In this document: in pieces, positions 28,869 through 39,795 of the stretch
Position numbering within the stretch: position 1 is the first letter of the stretch
Layout of the letters: every line of letters starts with the position of its first letter
Origin: an uncultured cyanobacterium
GTDB lineage: Bacteria > Cyanobacteriota > Cyanobacteriia > Cyanobacteriales > Nostocaceae
DNA: 64,000 bases
NCBI GenBank assembly: GCA_963740315.1
Contig: CAVUDP010000002.1
Coordinates: forward strand, 2,368,001 to 2,432,000
Direction of reading: 5' to 3'
Program-made: the position numbers and the translations under genes
The notes under the pieces: generated by a model
The model's database searches: none
Seen by the model: the letters and a program-made list of their open reading frames with translations, nothing else
Told to the model about the DNA's origin: nothing

Positions 28869-30137
28869 TTACGAACCAACACCCGTCAATTTCTTCTGCG
28901 ATTCGGCAACAATTTGATAGAGTTTCAATTCAAATTTTTCCATACAAGCTGACCAGTCAAATTCTAAAATCGAAGGACGAGCATTTGCAGCCATTTGCTC
29001 TTTTAATTGAGGATTTTCCAGAATTTGAATGATTTTATTAGCAAAATCTTCTGGATTATTCGGTTCTGCTAAAAAGCCGTTACTACCTGGTGTAACTTGT
29101 TCTGCTGTGGAGGGTGCAACTGCTGCAACTACGGGAGTACCGGAAGCTAAAGCTTCGTTGTTTGTGGTGCAGAAGTTTTCGGTGATCGAAGGGTTAACAA
29201 ATATATCCGCACGAGCAAACCATCCTAAAAGTTCTTCTTTGTGAGATTCACCCCAAACTGTTACACCGGAACCAAATTTTTGGGCGCGTTTCTTGATTTC
29301 TTCTTCTATGGGACCGCTACCAATAATTACTAAATGAACGTCTTTTATTTTCTGGGCAACTATCGGATATATATCTAGTAATTGATTGACATTCTTTTCG
29401 GCAGTAATGCGTCCTACAAATAATAAAGTTGGTCTTTTGTCGTTAGGAATGGGATTAAAGATAATATTTTCGGGATTGAATTTTTTACAGTCAACTCCTT
29501 GATAGGGAAAGTATTCGCTATTCTGACATTTCATAGCTTGATATTTAGCAAGTTGTTCTTTTGAGGAAAATAAACTCAGGTTATAAGACTCGCTAAATTG
29601 TTTAATTAAGCTAGGAACAATTGGACTAATTAGGTTAAATAGTTTGTTTCCTAAATAATATTGAATATAGGCGACAATATCGGTATGAAATAGAGATATT
29701 GTGGGAGTGCCAGTCTTTTTCGCGTATTCAACTGCAACAGGACGACCATAACCTTGGATAAAAAGCGAGTATAGTCCCCTCATTTGCGCTGCTTCTTCTA
29801 CTAATACAACATCGGGATTAAAGCTTTCTAATAATTTAGTATCGCTCCAATGCCGATGGCTTAATGGTTGAGGAAGAGAGTTATAAAATATTAATGGCTT
29901 TGTGGGAAATGCATAGTTCGTAAAGTTTGGATATTTCTGTAGTTCATCCAAACCAGCCATCGGACGTTTACCAACATTAGGAGGATAGCGATTGTTAATT
30001 TGAGGATGAATTAAAAATACTTCATGCCCTTGCTGCAAAAACCAGCGTACCCGCTGATGTACTGCAACAGAAACACCCGTCAAAAATGGAGCATATAATC
30101 CAGTGGCGATCGCAAGACGAAGAGGTTGTTTTAACAT
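28869..30137 (-). CDS. hglT: GT4 glycosyltransferase, heterocyst glycolipid synthase
   Basis: GT-B fold (FVGRITAEKN, ENFCTTNNEALASGTPVV); terminal position in the hgl island as for all5341 of Anabaena PCC 7120. Confidence 0.8.
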   Translation of the reverse strand: MLKQPLRLAIATGLYAPFLTGVSVAVHQRVRWFLQQGHEVFLIHPQINNRYPPNVGKRPMAGLDELQKYPNFTNYAFPTKPLIFYNSLPQPLSHRHWSDTKLLESFNPDVVLVEEAAQMRGLYSLFIQGYGRPVAVEYAKKTGTPTISLFHTDIVAYIQYYLGNKLFNLISPIVPSLIKQFSESYNLSLFSSKEQLAKYQAMKCQNSEYFPYQGVDCKKFNPENIIFNPIPNDKRPTLLFVGRITAEKNVNQLLDIYPIVAQKIKDVHLVIIGSGPIEEEIKKRAQKFGSGVTVWGESHKEELLGWFARADIFVNPSITENFCTTNNEALASGTPVVAAVAPSTAEQVTPGSNGFLAEPNNPEDFANKIIQILENPQLKEQMAANARPSILEFDWSACMEKFELKLYQIVAESQKKLTGVGS

Positions 30138-30284
30138 TAGGTTAATTGAAGAAAATTGTATGGATATTTAATTAACTATTGGCGTATTTTAGATTTTAGA
30201 TTTTGAGGATTACGGTGCAGCGAGTTAGTGCCGTCTTTAGCAAATCCTACTATAAAATCTAAAATCCAAAACTTAGTCCTCTTT

Positions 30285-31541
30285 CTAAAGAGAAATTTGA
30301 TTTTCAACTGATTGAGTATCTGATTGATAGGGATGATATTCGGTTAGCACAATATTAAATGGACTTTTGATCCGGTAGACTATATTACGCCAAGAAACTT
30401 TAGATAGCGACATTGATGAGATCAAAGCCAATCCATAAAACCAATGAGTTAAAGGAATTCCAACGAACGATTTTATTAACAATAGAGGTGAGATTTTTGG
30501 CATCATTTTCTGATAGCTAATTGCTTTTCTCACTGTTATTTCTACAACAACTGTTAACAAAAGTAATCCGAATATATAGATACTATAGCAACCAAATAAA
30601 ACTACTGAAGTACCCCCTTCGCTAAACAACAAATTCAGCACAATTAACACTAATATAATATTTGGTAGCAATATGGAAAAAATCGCATTCACAACTACTA
30701 ACCACCATTCAGGATGATACAGTCTAGAAGCAAGTAGTTGACGTTTCATCCAATTCATTAATCCTGGTAAAGTGCATTCTTCTCGATTCAATATTAATAA
30801 AGAAGGCACAAATTTAATTTTTAAACCGTATTCTGCTAGAACACTTTGAACCATCGTATCTTCGTTAAAAGCTTTTGCCCATTTATCAAGTATTTGGGTT
30901 TCGTGAATAACTTGCGTTTTAATTGCTAAAGTGCCACCCCAACAAATACCGTATAAATACATCTGTATAACTGCCGATACATTCCAGATGTACCTCACCA
31001 AAGTACCCCAATATTTGCCTTCAGATACATACCAACGATTCCCTGTTGTCGCCCCGACTTTAGGATGAATTAAAGGTGTAACTAACTCCCGCAACCAAGC
31101 AGGATGAACTACTGCATCTGCATCCACCAAAGCAATGACTTTATAGGAACTATCTAGCTCTGAGACAGCTTGTATCAACGAACTGCATTTGAGAGTACAA
31201 GAGGTACTGGCTATTTTTAAAGGACTAATTTGAACGTTCGTAGCACCACATTCAGTAACAGTATTGTGCGCTACAAGCCATGCAGGATCTTCCTGACTAT
31301 CAACTACAACTTTTAAATCGTACTGGGGATAGTCTTGTTGCAATAAGGCTTTCAAACAATTTGGTAAAAAAGGATCTGCCCCTCGCAGGCATAAAATAAC
31401 TGCCGTTTTCGGGAGTTGGTTATCGGAGACTGAGTTACCCTTATTTGAGCGCAGGTAAAACACAAAAATAAGCGTTAAAACCATCTGAATAACCAACCAA
31501 ACTAGCAAAATTTGCAGCAGAGCGATCGCCCAAAATTTCAT
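30285..31541 (-). CDS. GT2/ceramide-glucosyltransferase-like membrane glycosyltransferase (all5342 position)
   Basis: ILCLRGAD, LVDAD, WGG, NED, WMKRQ motifs; N- and C-terminal TM helices. Confidence 0.85.
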   Translation of the reverse strand: MKFWAIALLQILLVWLVIQMVLTLIFVFYLRSNKGNSVSDNQLPKTAVILCLRGADPFLPNCLKALLQQDYPQYDLKVVVDSQEDPAWLVAHNTVTECGATNVQISPLKIASTSCTLKCSSLIQAVSELDSSYKVIALVDADAVVHPAWLRELVTPLIHPKVGATTGNRWYVSEGKYWGTLVRYIWNVSAVIQMYLYGICWGGTLAIKTQVIHETQILDKWAKAFNEDTMVQSVLAEYGLKIKFVPSLLILNREECTLPGLMNWMKRQLLASRLYHPEWWLVVVNAIFSILLPNIILVLIVLNLLFSEGGTSVVLFGCYSIYIFGLLLLTVVVEITVRKAISYQKMMPKISPLLLIKSFVGIPLTHWFYGLALISSMSLSKVSWRNIVYRIKSPFNIVLTEYHPYQSDTQSVENQISL

Positions 31542-31776
31542 TTCTAGAAACCTTCACATCATAAAAAAAACAAAGTCAATCAATTTTGGATTTTGGATTT
31601 GCGTTCGCGGCTAGCGTACCGTAGCGTATCCGCATAGGACATATTTAGATTGTTCCCATCAGGGAAACCCGTACAAAGGTAGATTGACGATTTTTGATTT
31701 ATTCTATAGTTGAAACGTTCTTGGTTGAAACCGTTGATAATTTAATCCAAAATCTATGTCAAAATCTAAACTTTTT

Positions 31777-32157
31777 TCAGTCATTTTGTCGCGATCGTTC
31801 TTGCGATCGCCTATGCAGATTTACTTTTGATTTATCGAACGCAATTTTGTTAAAATCAAAATTCTGCAATAAGTTATTATCTATCGTATAGGCTGGAGGT
31901 AAAAACTTATAAAATTTGAATGATTTTACCTCCAAGGAATCTTTTGGAAAAGAGATATGGGATTTATCCAGCTTAAAAATTGAATTTTTGTTCGCGTTGT
32001 CAAAAGACTGACTTTCAAATTGACGATGAACGATAATAATTTTGTTGCTTTGCTGTGGTATTCGTCGTATCCAACGATGTATCGTCACAGAAAGCCCCGT
32101 GAATAATGGAACATACAGCCCCATAAAAATCGCCATACCTAAAGCTTGTTTGTCCAT
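31777..32157 (-). pseudogene. Truncated, diverged paralogue of the HglT N-terminal domain
   Basis: MAIFMGLYVPLFTGLSVTIHRWIR..QQ aligns with HglT LAIATGLYAPFLTGVSVAVHQRVR..QQ; 126 aa versus 422 aa. Confidence 0.7.
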
Positions 32158-32160
32158 AAT

Positions 32161-32625
32161 TTAGGGATCGAGAGAATATTTCATATCAATCTCAATAGTT
32201 TGATTTTGTGTTAATGGAAAACTTGCTTGCGAGAACTTGGGAGTTCCAGTTTGTATTGACACGGTAGGATTATTTGAAATACCAAATCCTTCTTCAGGGA
32301 TACCGAAAAAATCTCTATCGAGTTTGCGATCGCCATCGCGATCGTCAACTACCGCAACCGCATAAGTTCCCTTTTTTAATCCTGTAAATTCTTGTTTGAG
32401 GGAATTTCCTGTTATTTTTGTGCATTGACTTTTAGCTTCACTGCTATTACTCAAAGGAAATCCGCGTTCGTTATCATAAATTCTCAGGCAAATCTGACCT
32501 CGATCGCTTTTAATACCCTTTATAGCCACAGTTAATGTTGCAGAATCTTCTACAGCATTTGCTTTAACAACAAATCCGATAGTTGCTATAGAAAATAACA
32601 AGCCACAAAATAGAGATGTTTTCAT
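32161..32625 (-). CDS. DUF2141 family secreted protein
   Basis: Signal peptide; GTYAVAVVDDRDGDRKLDRDFFGIPEEGFGISNNP. Confidence 0.9.
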   Translation of the reverse strand: MKTSLFCGLLFSIATIGFVVKANAVEDSATLTVAIKGIKSDRGQICLRIYDNERGFPLSNSSEAKSQCTKITGNSLKQEFTGLKKGTYAVAVVDDRDGDRKLDRDFFGIPEEGFGISNNPTVSIQTGTPKFSQASFPLTQNQTIEIDMKYSLDP

Positions 32626-32762
32626 AATATTAGTTGTTAGTAGATAGTTGTTAGTAGATAGTTGTTAGGAGTATTGAGTTAGGAATATTGAGTATTGAGT
32701 ATTGAGTTAGGAATTATCTCCCCCCTCTACCCCCTCTACCCCCTCTCCCTATTCCCCATTCT

Positions 32763-33749
32763 CTATTTATCTTTATTTTTCAGCCATTCCTGAATGCGAA
32801 CCATTCCTTCATCTAAAGAAATAGCTGGTTGATAATTTAATTTTCGGCGTGCTTTCTCAATAGAAAAAGCATAAGGACGGCTCATAAAATCTGCTGCTTC
32901 TGGAAGAATATCTGGTTGTTTGCGAAGAAGTTTTTGTCCTTGACAGCGCAAATTCAAAAATATTTTAATTTCGTCTTTTGGCATAGATGAAGGAGCGGGA
33001 TGACCTGCTATTTCTGCTAAACGAGTAAAATATTCTTGCGGAGAAGTTTCTTTCCCGTCGGTAATATTAAAAACTTCACCGTTTTGATCTTTTTCTATCG
33101 CCAGAAAAATGGCATCAATCAAATTATCTACATATACATGATTAATAACCTTTCCTTCTTTGGTATAAGCAAATAATTTTTGCTGCATTAATGATAGAGG
33201 TCGAACCGTCCAAGGAATAGAACCTGGTCCGTAAACATCTCCAGCACGGATGATTATAATACCAAAATCTTGTGAATGATTCAGTTGCTGTAGAGCTTTT
33301 TCTGCTTCTATTTTTGTTTGACAATAAGGATTCTTTTCTTTTACAAGTTGTTCGTTCTCACTCACACCGTTAGGATATTCAAAACCATAAACTAAAGCAG
33401 TGGAAAGATGAACAAAAGTTTTGATGCCAGCATTGCGAGCAGCTTTACCAATATTGACGGTTCCATCAATATTTACCTGACTAAATTCTTTAATGCTTCC
33501 TCCTTCTTTTGCAACTTCTTCAGTATGCAAAACTATATCCGCTTGCTCACAAGCTTTCTGAGCAATAGATGGATCGGTTACACTACCGATAAAAACTTCA
33601 GCCCCTATTTGTTGAGCTTTTTTAGCTAAGTCGGCATCTTTTTCCAATCCACGGACTTTTAAGCCTTTAGCTATAGCTATTTCGGCTGTACGTAAACCAA
33701 TAAATCCACCAATTCCAGTGATAAGTAAAGTTTTATCTGTAAGATTCAT
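32763..33749 (-). CDS. hgdA: NAD-dependent epimerase/dehydratase (extended SDR)
   Basis: TGIGGFIG, YCQTK, VYGPG; lies downstream of hgdC as all5345 does. Confidence 0.75.
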   Translation of the reverse strand: MNLTDKTLLITGIGGFIGLRTAEIAIAKGLKVRGLEKDADLAKKAQQIGAEVFIGSVTDPSIAQKACEQADIVLHTEEVAKEGGSIKEFSQVNIDGTVNIGKAARNAGIKTFVHLSTALVYGFEYPNGVSENEQLVKEKNPYCQTKIEAEKALQQLNHSQDFGIIIIRAGDVYGPGSIPWTVRPLSLMQQKLFAYTKEGKVINHVYVDNLIDAIFLAIEKDQNGEVFNITDGKETSPQEYFTRLAEIAGHPAPSSMPKDEIKIFLNLRCQGQKLLRKQPDILPEAADFMSRPYAFSIEKARRKLNYQPAISLDEGMVRIQEWLKNKDK

Positions 33750-34051
33750 GTTTTCTCGCTTATATAAGGTTAAAGGTTAAAGGTCAAAGGTCTGCATGTT
33801 AAATAAAAACTCCTAAGTGGGGTAACACTAATAAATTTAACTATGTAACTAAAAGTAATTTGCTCAAAACGAATCGGATGAACTGCACATAAAGATGAAG
33901 TCTTGCACTGGTAACGGCGAGATTCATTTTTATGCGTCGTCGTACCTTTATTCCCTACGAGGTAACACTCAGCTTTTGTGTTAAAGGCAAGTATGTTTTT
34001 GTTTAAATATACCCACATACCTACTTAACTCCTAAATCCTAACTCCTAACT

Positions 34052-35227
34052 CTAAAAGATATCTGCCGGGTCTGCGGAACGGAGTTGATTTATAGTTAAT
34101 GCACCGGATATCATGCACATTAAAGCTGTTGCGATTAAAACTGCTAGTGCATTGTTGAAGCTCATATTTATGGGTAGTTTTGTTGCTTTCATTGCAAAGT
34201 CATATAGATAATTAGAGACAATCCAACCAGGGATATAACCTAAGATTGCTAAAATGAAAGCTTGTTTAAAAACTACTCTTAATAAATAATTATTGGCATA
34301 ACCTATAGCTTTTAAAGTTGCGTATGCTACTAATTGACTGGCAATATTGCTAAATAAGATTTGATAAACAATAACTATTCCAACAACAGAACCCATTGTT
34401 AACATTAGTTTTAAAATAAAACCGATTGGCGTTCTAGTAGCCCAATATTCTTTTTCAAAGTTAACAAATTCTTCCTGAGTAAATAATTGGACATCATCGG
34501 GTAGCGAGGATCGTAATTCTTGCAAAACTTGTTCGGAAGTTGCTCCCGGACTAAGATCGATCGCTCCGATATCTATTTTGTCTGGAGGTCTACCATTTTG
34601 AAATATTCGTACAAAAGTTGTATCGCTAACAATTAAGTTACCATCTACCCCAAAAGAAGGACCTAAGCTAAATAATCCACCTACTCTAACTCTATATCCT
34701 GTTAATGAATCGAAGGGAAATATTTCTATTGTTGTTTCAACTCCCCGTCTAAACCGCGTGGCAACATCCCCAAATTCCGGTCGAGAATTTTCATCAAATA
34801 ATACCACATCAGATAATTTGAGTTTGTCTATATTTTTTTCTATTCCTGGTAAATTGATAATAGGCTTCCCCGGTTCAAAGCCCATAACGTATATTGAATA
34901 TTTTTCACCCGTGTCAGGATTTTTTAATTTAGCAAATCCTAAATAAATTGGAGTAACTGATTCAACACCTTTAAATCCTAAAGCTTGGTATAAACTTGTC
35001 CGAGAAAAGCTTTGGGTAGCAGTTAAAGCTTTATATTGAGAACTAACTAAAAACAAGTCTCCTTGAAGACTTTGATGTACTTGAGTAGCACTACTATATA
35101 GAGCATCTTGAAATCCAAGTTGCATAAACATTAGTATCACAATAAAAGCGATACCGGCTACAGCTACTAAAGAACGAAATTTGTTTCGGATTAGCTGTAA
35201 CCATGCTATAGGGGTTTTTGAAGCCAT
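34052..35227 (-). CDS. hgdC: DevC-family ABC exporter permease
   Basis: IAWLQL..LVAVAGIAFIVILMFMQLGFQDALY, YATLKAIGY, ADPADIF end. Confidence 0.85.
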   Translation of the reverse strand: MASKTPIAWLQLIRNKFRSLVAVAGIAFIVILMFMQLGFQDALYSSATQVHQSLQGDLFLVSSQYKALTATQSFSRTSLYQALGFKGVESVTPIYLGFAKLKNPDTGEKYSIYVMGFEPGKPIINLPGIEKNIDKLKLSDVVLFDENSRPEFGDVATRFRRGVETTIEIFPFDSLTGYRVRVGGLFSLGPSFGVDGNLIVSDTTFVRIFQNGRPPDKIDIGAIDLSPGATSEQVLQELRSSLPDDVQLFTQEEFVNFEKEYWATRTPIGFILKLMLTMGSVVGIVIVYQILFSNIASQLVAYATLKAIGYANNYLLRVVFKQAFILAILGYIPGWIVSNYLYDFAMKATKLPINMSFNNALAVLIATALMCMISGALTINQLRSADPADIF

Positions 35228-35398
35228 GATTGTGAAGTATTAAAATTAGGATGAATCAAGTATAAATGAAGTCTGAAGGATGAAATAAATCGGTAGTTTA
35301 TATAGGTACTATTATGTAAATTCTGTTGCTGATTTCATTCCCAATTACCTATTACCAAATACTTATTTATAAAATCATCCTTCTACTTTCATTTTTGT

Positions 35399-36595
35399 CT
35401 AAATTTGAATGGCGACATCTACCTGTAAGTTGGTTAAACCCGCGATCAATTTGTTATCCTCTAGTTCGTCAATACGGATTTTTACCTCAACTATTCTTCG
35501 ATCGGTATCTGCTCCTGGATTAATATTGAGAATTTTTTGTCTGTCAACTAATAACCCAATCTCGGTAACGGTTCCTTCTATTTTCCGAGGTAATGCTGTA
35601 CTCGTAATCAAGGCTTTTTGACCTAGACGCACTTTCTTAATATCTGTCTGATAAACTTCTGCAACTACATACATTTGATTAATTTTACCTATCTCCATGA
35701 TTCCTTCGGAGGAAACCACTTCTCCTGGTTTGCTGTTAATTTTTAACACCGTGCCGGTAATAGGAGATTTAAGAATGGTTGATTCTTGTTCTGCTTTCGC
35801 TTGCTCTACGCCAGAGGTTGCACTTTTAACTTCAGCTTGTGCAACTTGAACGTCTTGAGGACGAACTTCTTTTTGGCTGTCTAGTTTAGCTTTGGCTTCT
35901 CTGATTTGGTCTTGTATGGTGTTAACACTGGTGTTGAGGGTTGCTTGGGCTTCGTTAAGCTGCTGCTGTAAAGTCTTTACTTGCAAACCTTTGCTGTCTG
36001 CTACTTGATCGGAAACCGCACCCTGTTGATATAACTTTTGGTAGCGATCGAATTCGGTCTGTGCATTATCTAGCTCTGCTTGCAAGCGTGCAACAGTAGC
36101 ATTCCCTGTAGCAATTTCTCCTTGTAGTTGCGATTCTAGTCTGGAAACGATTGCTTGTTGAGCGTCAATATCTCCGGTTTTAGCTCCAGCTTGTACTTGA
36201 GCTAACTTAGCTTGAGCAACTTTAACTTTATCTGAAGCTTGTTGTACGTTGACTGTAGCGCGAGTGTAACCTTCGAGCAATGCTACTATCTGTCCGGCTT
36301 TTACTCTACTTCCTTGGTTTACAAATAATTTTTCTACCCGCAATCCGTTAGCCGAATTGGGGGCTGATAGCTGAATTACCCTACCTTCGGGTTCAATACT
36401 TCCTAAAGCAGTAATTGCAACTCTCGCAGGAGTTGTATTAGTGGGAGTAGGCGATCGCGAAGAAAGATTGGGACGAAATCGTAAAAAGCTGTAGAAACCA
36501 ATCAGCGCTGTAGCTAAAGCAATGGAAGTTGCTAAAACTAATCGCCACCGAGTGCTAGGTTTTTCAATAAACTCCCTTTCCTTATCTACTGACAT
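35399..36595 (-). CDS. hgdB: DevB-family membrane fusion protein
   Basis: N-terminal TM, ITALGSIEPEG, long coiled coil, VAEVYQTDI, DRRIVEVKI; ATG at 36595 preferred. Confidence 0.85.
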   Translation of the reverse strand: MSVDKEREFIEKPSTRWRLVLATSIALATALIGFYSFLRFRPNLSSRSPTPTNTTPARVAITALGSIEPEGRVIQLSAPNSANGLRVEKLFVNQGSRVKAGQIVALLEGYTRATVNVQQASDKVKVAQAKLAQVQAGAKTGDIDAQQAIVSRLESQLQGEIATGNATVARLQAELDNAQTEFDRYQKLYQQGAVSDQVADSKGLQVKTLQQQLNEAQATLNTSVNTIQDQIREAKAKLDSQKEVRPQDVQVAQAEVKSATSGVEQAKAEQESTILKSPITGTVLKINSKPGEVVSSEGIMEIGKINQMYVVAEVYQTDIKKVRLGQKALITSTALPRKIEGTVTEIGLLVDRQKILNINPGADTDRRIVEVKIRIDELEDNKLIAGLTNLQVDVAIQI

Positions 36596-36676
36596 ATTTT
36601 GATTCCAATTATGAAGAGCCAAGTTTTGTATAACAGCGATATTAATAAATTACTCAATTTACTGATTTACTATTCT

Positions 36677-36706
36677 AAAAACCGTTTTTATATAAAGACG
36701 GTTTTT
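36677..36706. promoter_or_regulatory. 30-bp near-perfect palindrome upstream of hgdB
   Basis: AAAAACCGT-T-TTTATATAAA-G-ACGGTTTTT. Confidence 0.45.
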
Positions 36707-37573
36707 ACGCAAAGACAGTAGATAGTAATGTGTTGAAAAAATTTCTAGTTTTTAAGTAGCTATCGCATATTACTGCGTACATAAATAATTAAAAATGGTG
36801 ATGAGACATTAAGTAAGATTAAGGTAAGAAATGAACCTTTAATCAATAAATTGTAATATTTGACTATTACCAATATCGAAATTTAAAAATTAATGGTTTA
36901 CCAGCGAAATATTTCCTAATTTTTATTCTATATTATTAATAAGGTATTGTTCCAGTAAATAGCAGTAACGCTCTTCACAAAAACTAAACTTTATTTGAAG
37001 TAGTCAGAAAAATGAAGCGCTTAGAGGATAGCTCGAAAAAACTTGTCTTCAAGTATGGCAAACAGGTCTGATATTGTCAATCTACTTTTAGGAATAGTTA
37101 ATCCGAATCAATTTTACTACTTTAAATGACGCTGCACGAAATGATTTAATAGGGTTCTTACCGCCTCGTACATCCTATTATTTAGCCATAAAACAATACC
37201 TTATAATATTTGTTACAAACTTTTTGTGGCAATAAATACAAACATAAATGTAATTGTTTTAGTTTGCTTTTATCGGGAGCAAACTTCTGTAAGCTCGCGT
37301 CTGGAATCTCGAATCCAAATATTTAGTTTTGACGACTTTAATTTATAAAGATTGTTTTTAGCTATGATATTTTTGCTATCAAGTAGATTGATTTAAGGCA
37401 ATATAGGAGGCATAAATTTATAACTCTTAAAAAGATTTACATTAAATATGTGAATATTAAGTTGATATCAAGTTATTACCAGTATTGTGAGATAAAATTA
37501 TTTTATGACATTTTCAAGGCATACAAATATCAATCAAATATCAGTCGGTATATTGTTCTGAAAGCATTTTATT

Positions 37574-38953
37574 ATGTCTGAAATATCTCAAGTATCGATA
37601 AACAAAATTAGATACGGTAACAATCGCCGTCCAATTAATGATGAAAAAGTCGAACAGTTACAAAAATCTATTCAGTTGAATGGTTTGCTCAACCCGATCA
37701 CAATAGATCCCAATTTCAACTTGATTGCTGGATTGCACCGTTTGACTGCCTGCAAGTTGCTGGGTTTTAAAGAAATTGAATGCAATATAGTAGTTTATGA
37801 TTCAGACGAGCAGGCTAGATTAGCTGAAATCGATGAAAATTTGATTCGTAACGAACTAGAACCCCTTGAAAGAGGAAAGCTAGTCTTAGAAAGAGAAAAA
37901 ATTCTGATTAAATTAGGGATGAGGGCGAAAGCTGGTGATAATCAATACACTCTTAAAAATGAGAATGGTAGTGAAATAAATTCACCACCTATCAAAACCA
38001 CCCAACAGTTAGCAAAACAAGCCGGTTATAGCGAACGCAGCTGGCAACATGACAAGCAAATAGCTAGAGATATTGCCCCAAAAATTCAAAAAATCATTCA
38101 GAAAACCCCTATAGCCGAGAAAAAAACCACCTTACTTTCGATTGCTAGGGCTGGTAGAAAAGAGCGGATTCTAGCAGAAAAAGCCCTACAAGGTTATGAA
38201 TTAGCCTTATCTAAAGGCGATCGCGAAGAAGCCGAAAAACAAGCCAAACTCGCAGCAATTTCACGCGCCAAACAAGAAGAATCGCAGCTACAAGCATTTC
38301 ACAGCGCAATGGCGGAGCTGACTGCTAAGTTAGATAAGAAGGAACAACAAACAGTGAAACAGCCCTTAATTCTTAATTCGCTACACTTTAACCAAAACTC
38401 GCTGCCAAAAATTGGCGATAAATGGACTTTGGGCAACCGCCATCTTGTATATTATGGCGACACTGCCCAAAAAGAGTTTATTAAACTGTTACCCTCAAAC
38501 GCGGCTTTAGCAATCGCAACTTTTTCGGATGTATGGAATCACGACTATTTAATAGATGAAGCTGCTGTTGTGGCGGTATTGCGATCGCAAGACAATATTT
38601 ATCAGTTTTGCAGCACAACGCGGATGAATTTTCAGTATGAATTGCTATTGGGCAAAATATATGTGGGAATTTTTTCGCGACGATCGATATCCAAACCAGA
38701 GATACCAGTAAATTTGGACAGCGTGGAGGGGATAATCCAGTATTTGATCGATATGTTTACAACTCAAAACAATTATGCGATCGCACCGTTCATGGGTAAC
38801 GGCGAAATTTTAATGGCTTGCGAAAAAATGCGCCGGGTGTGTTTTATCGGTGACGAAAATATCGATTCAATTCGTAACGGCATATCGCGTTGGGAAAGGT
38901 GGACGCAAAAACAACCCGAAAAAATAGCCCGTTCTAATTATTTATATTTTTGA
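37574..38953 (+). CDS. ParB/Srx N-terminal domain fused to a degenerate DNA-methylase-like domain (alr5348 position)
   Basis: SIQLNGLLNPITI..LIAGLHRLTAC..EIDENLIR; HTH-like TQQLAKQAGYSERSW; C-terminal GDKWTLGNRHLVYYGD and APFMGNG. Confidence 0.8.
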   Translation: MSEISQVSINKIRYGNNRRPINDEKVEQLQKSIQLNGLLNPITIDPNFNLIAGLHRLTACKLLGFKEIECNIVVYDSDEQARLAEIDENLIRNELEPLERGKLVLEREKILIKLGMRAKAGDNQYTLKNENGSEINSPPIKTTQQLAKQAGYSERSWQHDKQIARDIAPKIQKIIQKTPIAEKKTTLLSIARAGRKERILAEKALQGYELALSKGDREEAEKQAKLAAISRAKQEESQLQAFHSAMAELTAKLDKKEQQTVKQPLILNSLHFNQNSLPKIGDKWTLGNRHLVYYGDTAQKEFIKLLPSNAALAIATFSDVWNHDYLIDEAAVVAVLRSQDNIYQFCSTTRMNFQYELLLGKIYVGIFSRRSISKPEIPVNLDSVEGIIQYLIDMFTTQNNYAIAPFMGNGEILMACEKMRRVCFIGDENIDSIRNGISRWERWTQKQPEKIARSNYLYF

Positions 38954-39795
38954 GAATCACAAGTAGCTAACGCACTCCGCGCAAGGTGGGTTCACCGCCC
39001 GTGCGGATTTAAAGATACTTGATAATCCTCGATCGCATTTTAGATTTATCTAACTGCTCAAAGCGAACTATCTAATTATTTCGCATAGTTCCAATCGTCT
39101 ATTTATTTAATAGTTAAAAGTATTTTAATTATCTATTTCTCATTTCAAACAATTAGTAAAACTTAAATCATGCAATAGTAACTATCTTTGTTAATGTAAT
39201 TTGATATAGTTAATGTTGATATATCAACCTGATTTTTAACCATTAATTATTGCTGATGCTTAAATTATTATCATGTTCTCTTGAAAAAACCCCCTTTTAT
39301 AATAGAAATATTAGACTGTATATATAAAACTCATAAATCCTTCATAATAAAGAAGAACTTATATATTTTAAGCTTTTTCTCAAATTACCCTTAGAGATAT
39401 GAAGTTATTGATGATACTCTGAGTACAATATTTTTTATCGTTGAAGCATTTAAAAACATCCAGATTTATTTGCAAATTCCTCAAACCCGCCTAATCCGCT
39501 TTCTTTAAGCTGTGCTAACGTTGGTATTAATTCTAATTATTTCAAGTATTTAGACATTTAATAATTAGTTCATTCGTAACGGATAACTAAATAAAAACAG
39601 TCTAATTACTATGCTTGTAATAAAAGAAAATGGTTTGTTAGTTAATTTGATAAATTTTTCATCGAATTGGTGTGCGGCAGTAAAGGATTTATCAAATGTT
39701 TTTCAATATTTTAAATGGTGTGGTTTTGTAACTAACTTGTCAAACATTATTGTTTACAGTTCATAAAATTATCTTCCAAGGCATTTTAATTAGCT

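Noticed and set aside
33770..34018. 82-aa ORF between hgdC and hgdA
   Set aside because: No recognisable features, both ends lie in or next to repeats; left uncalled.
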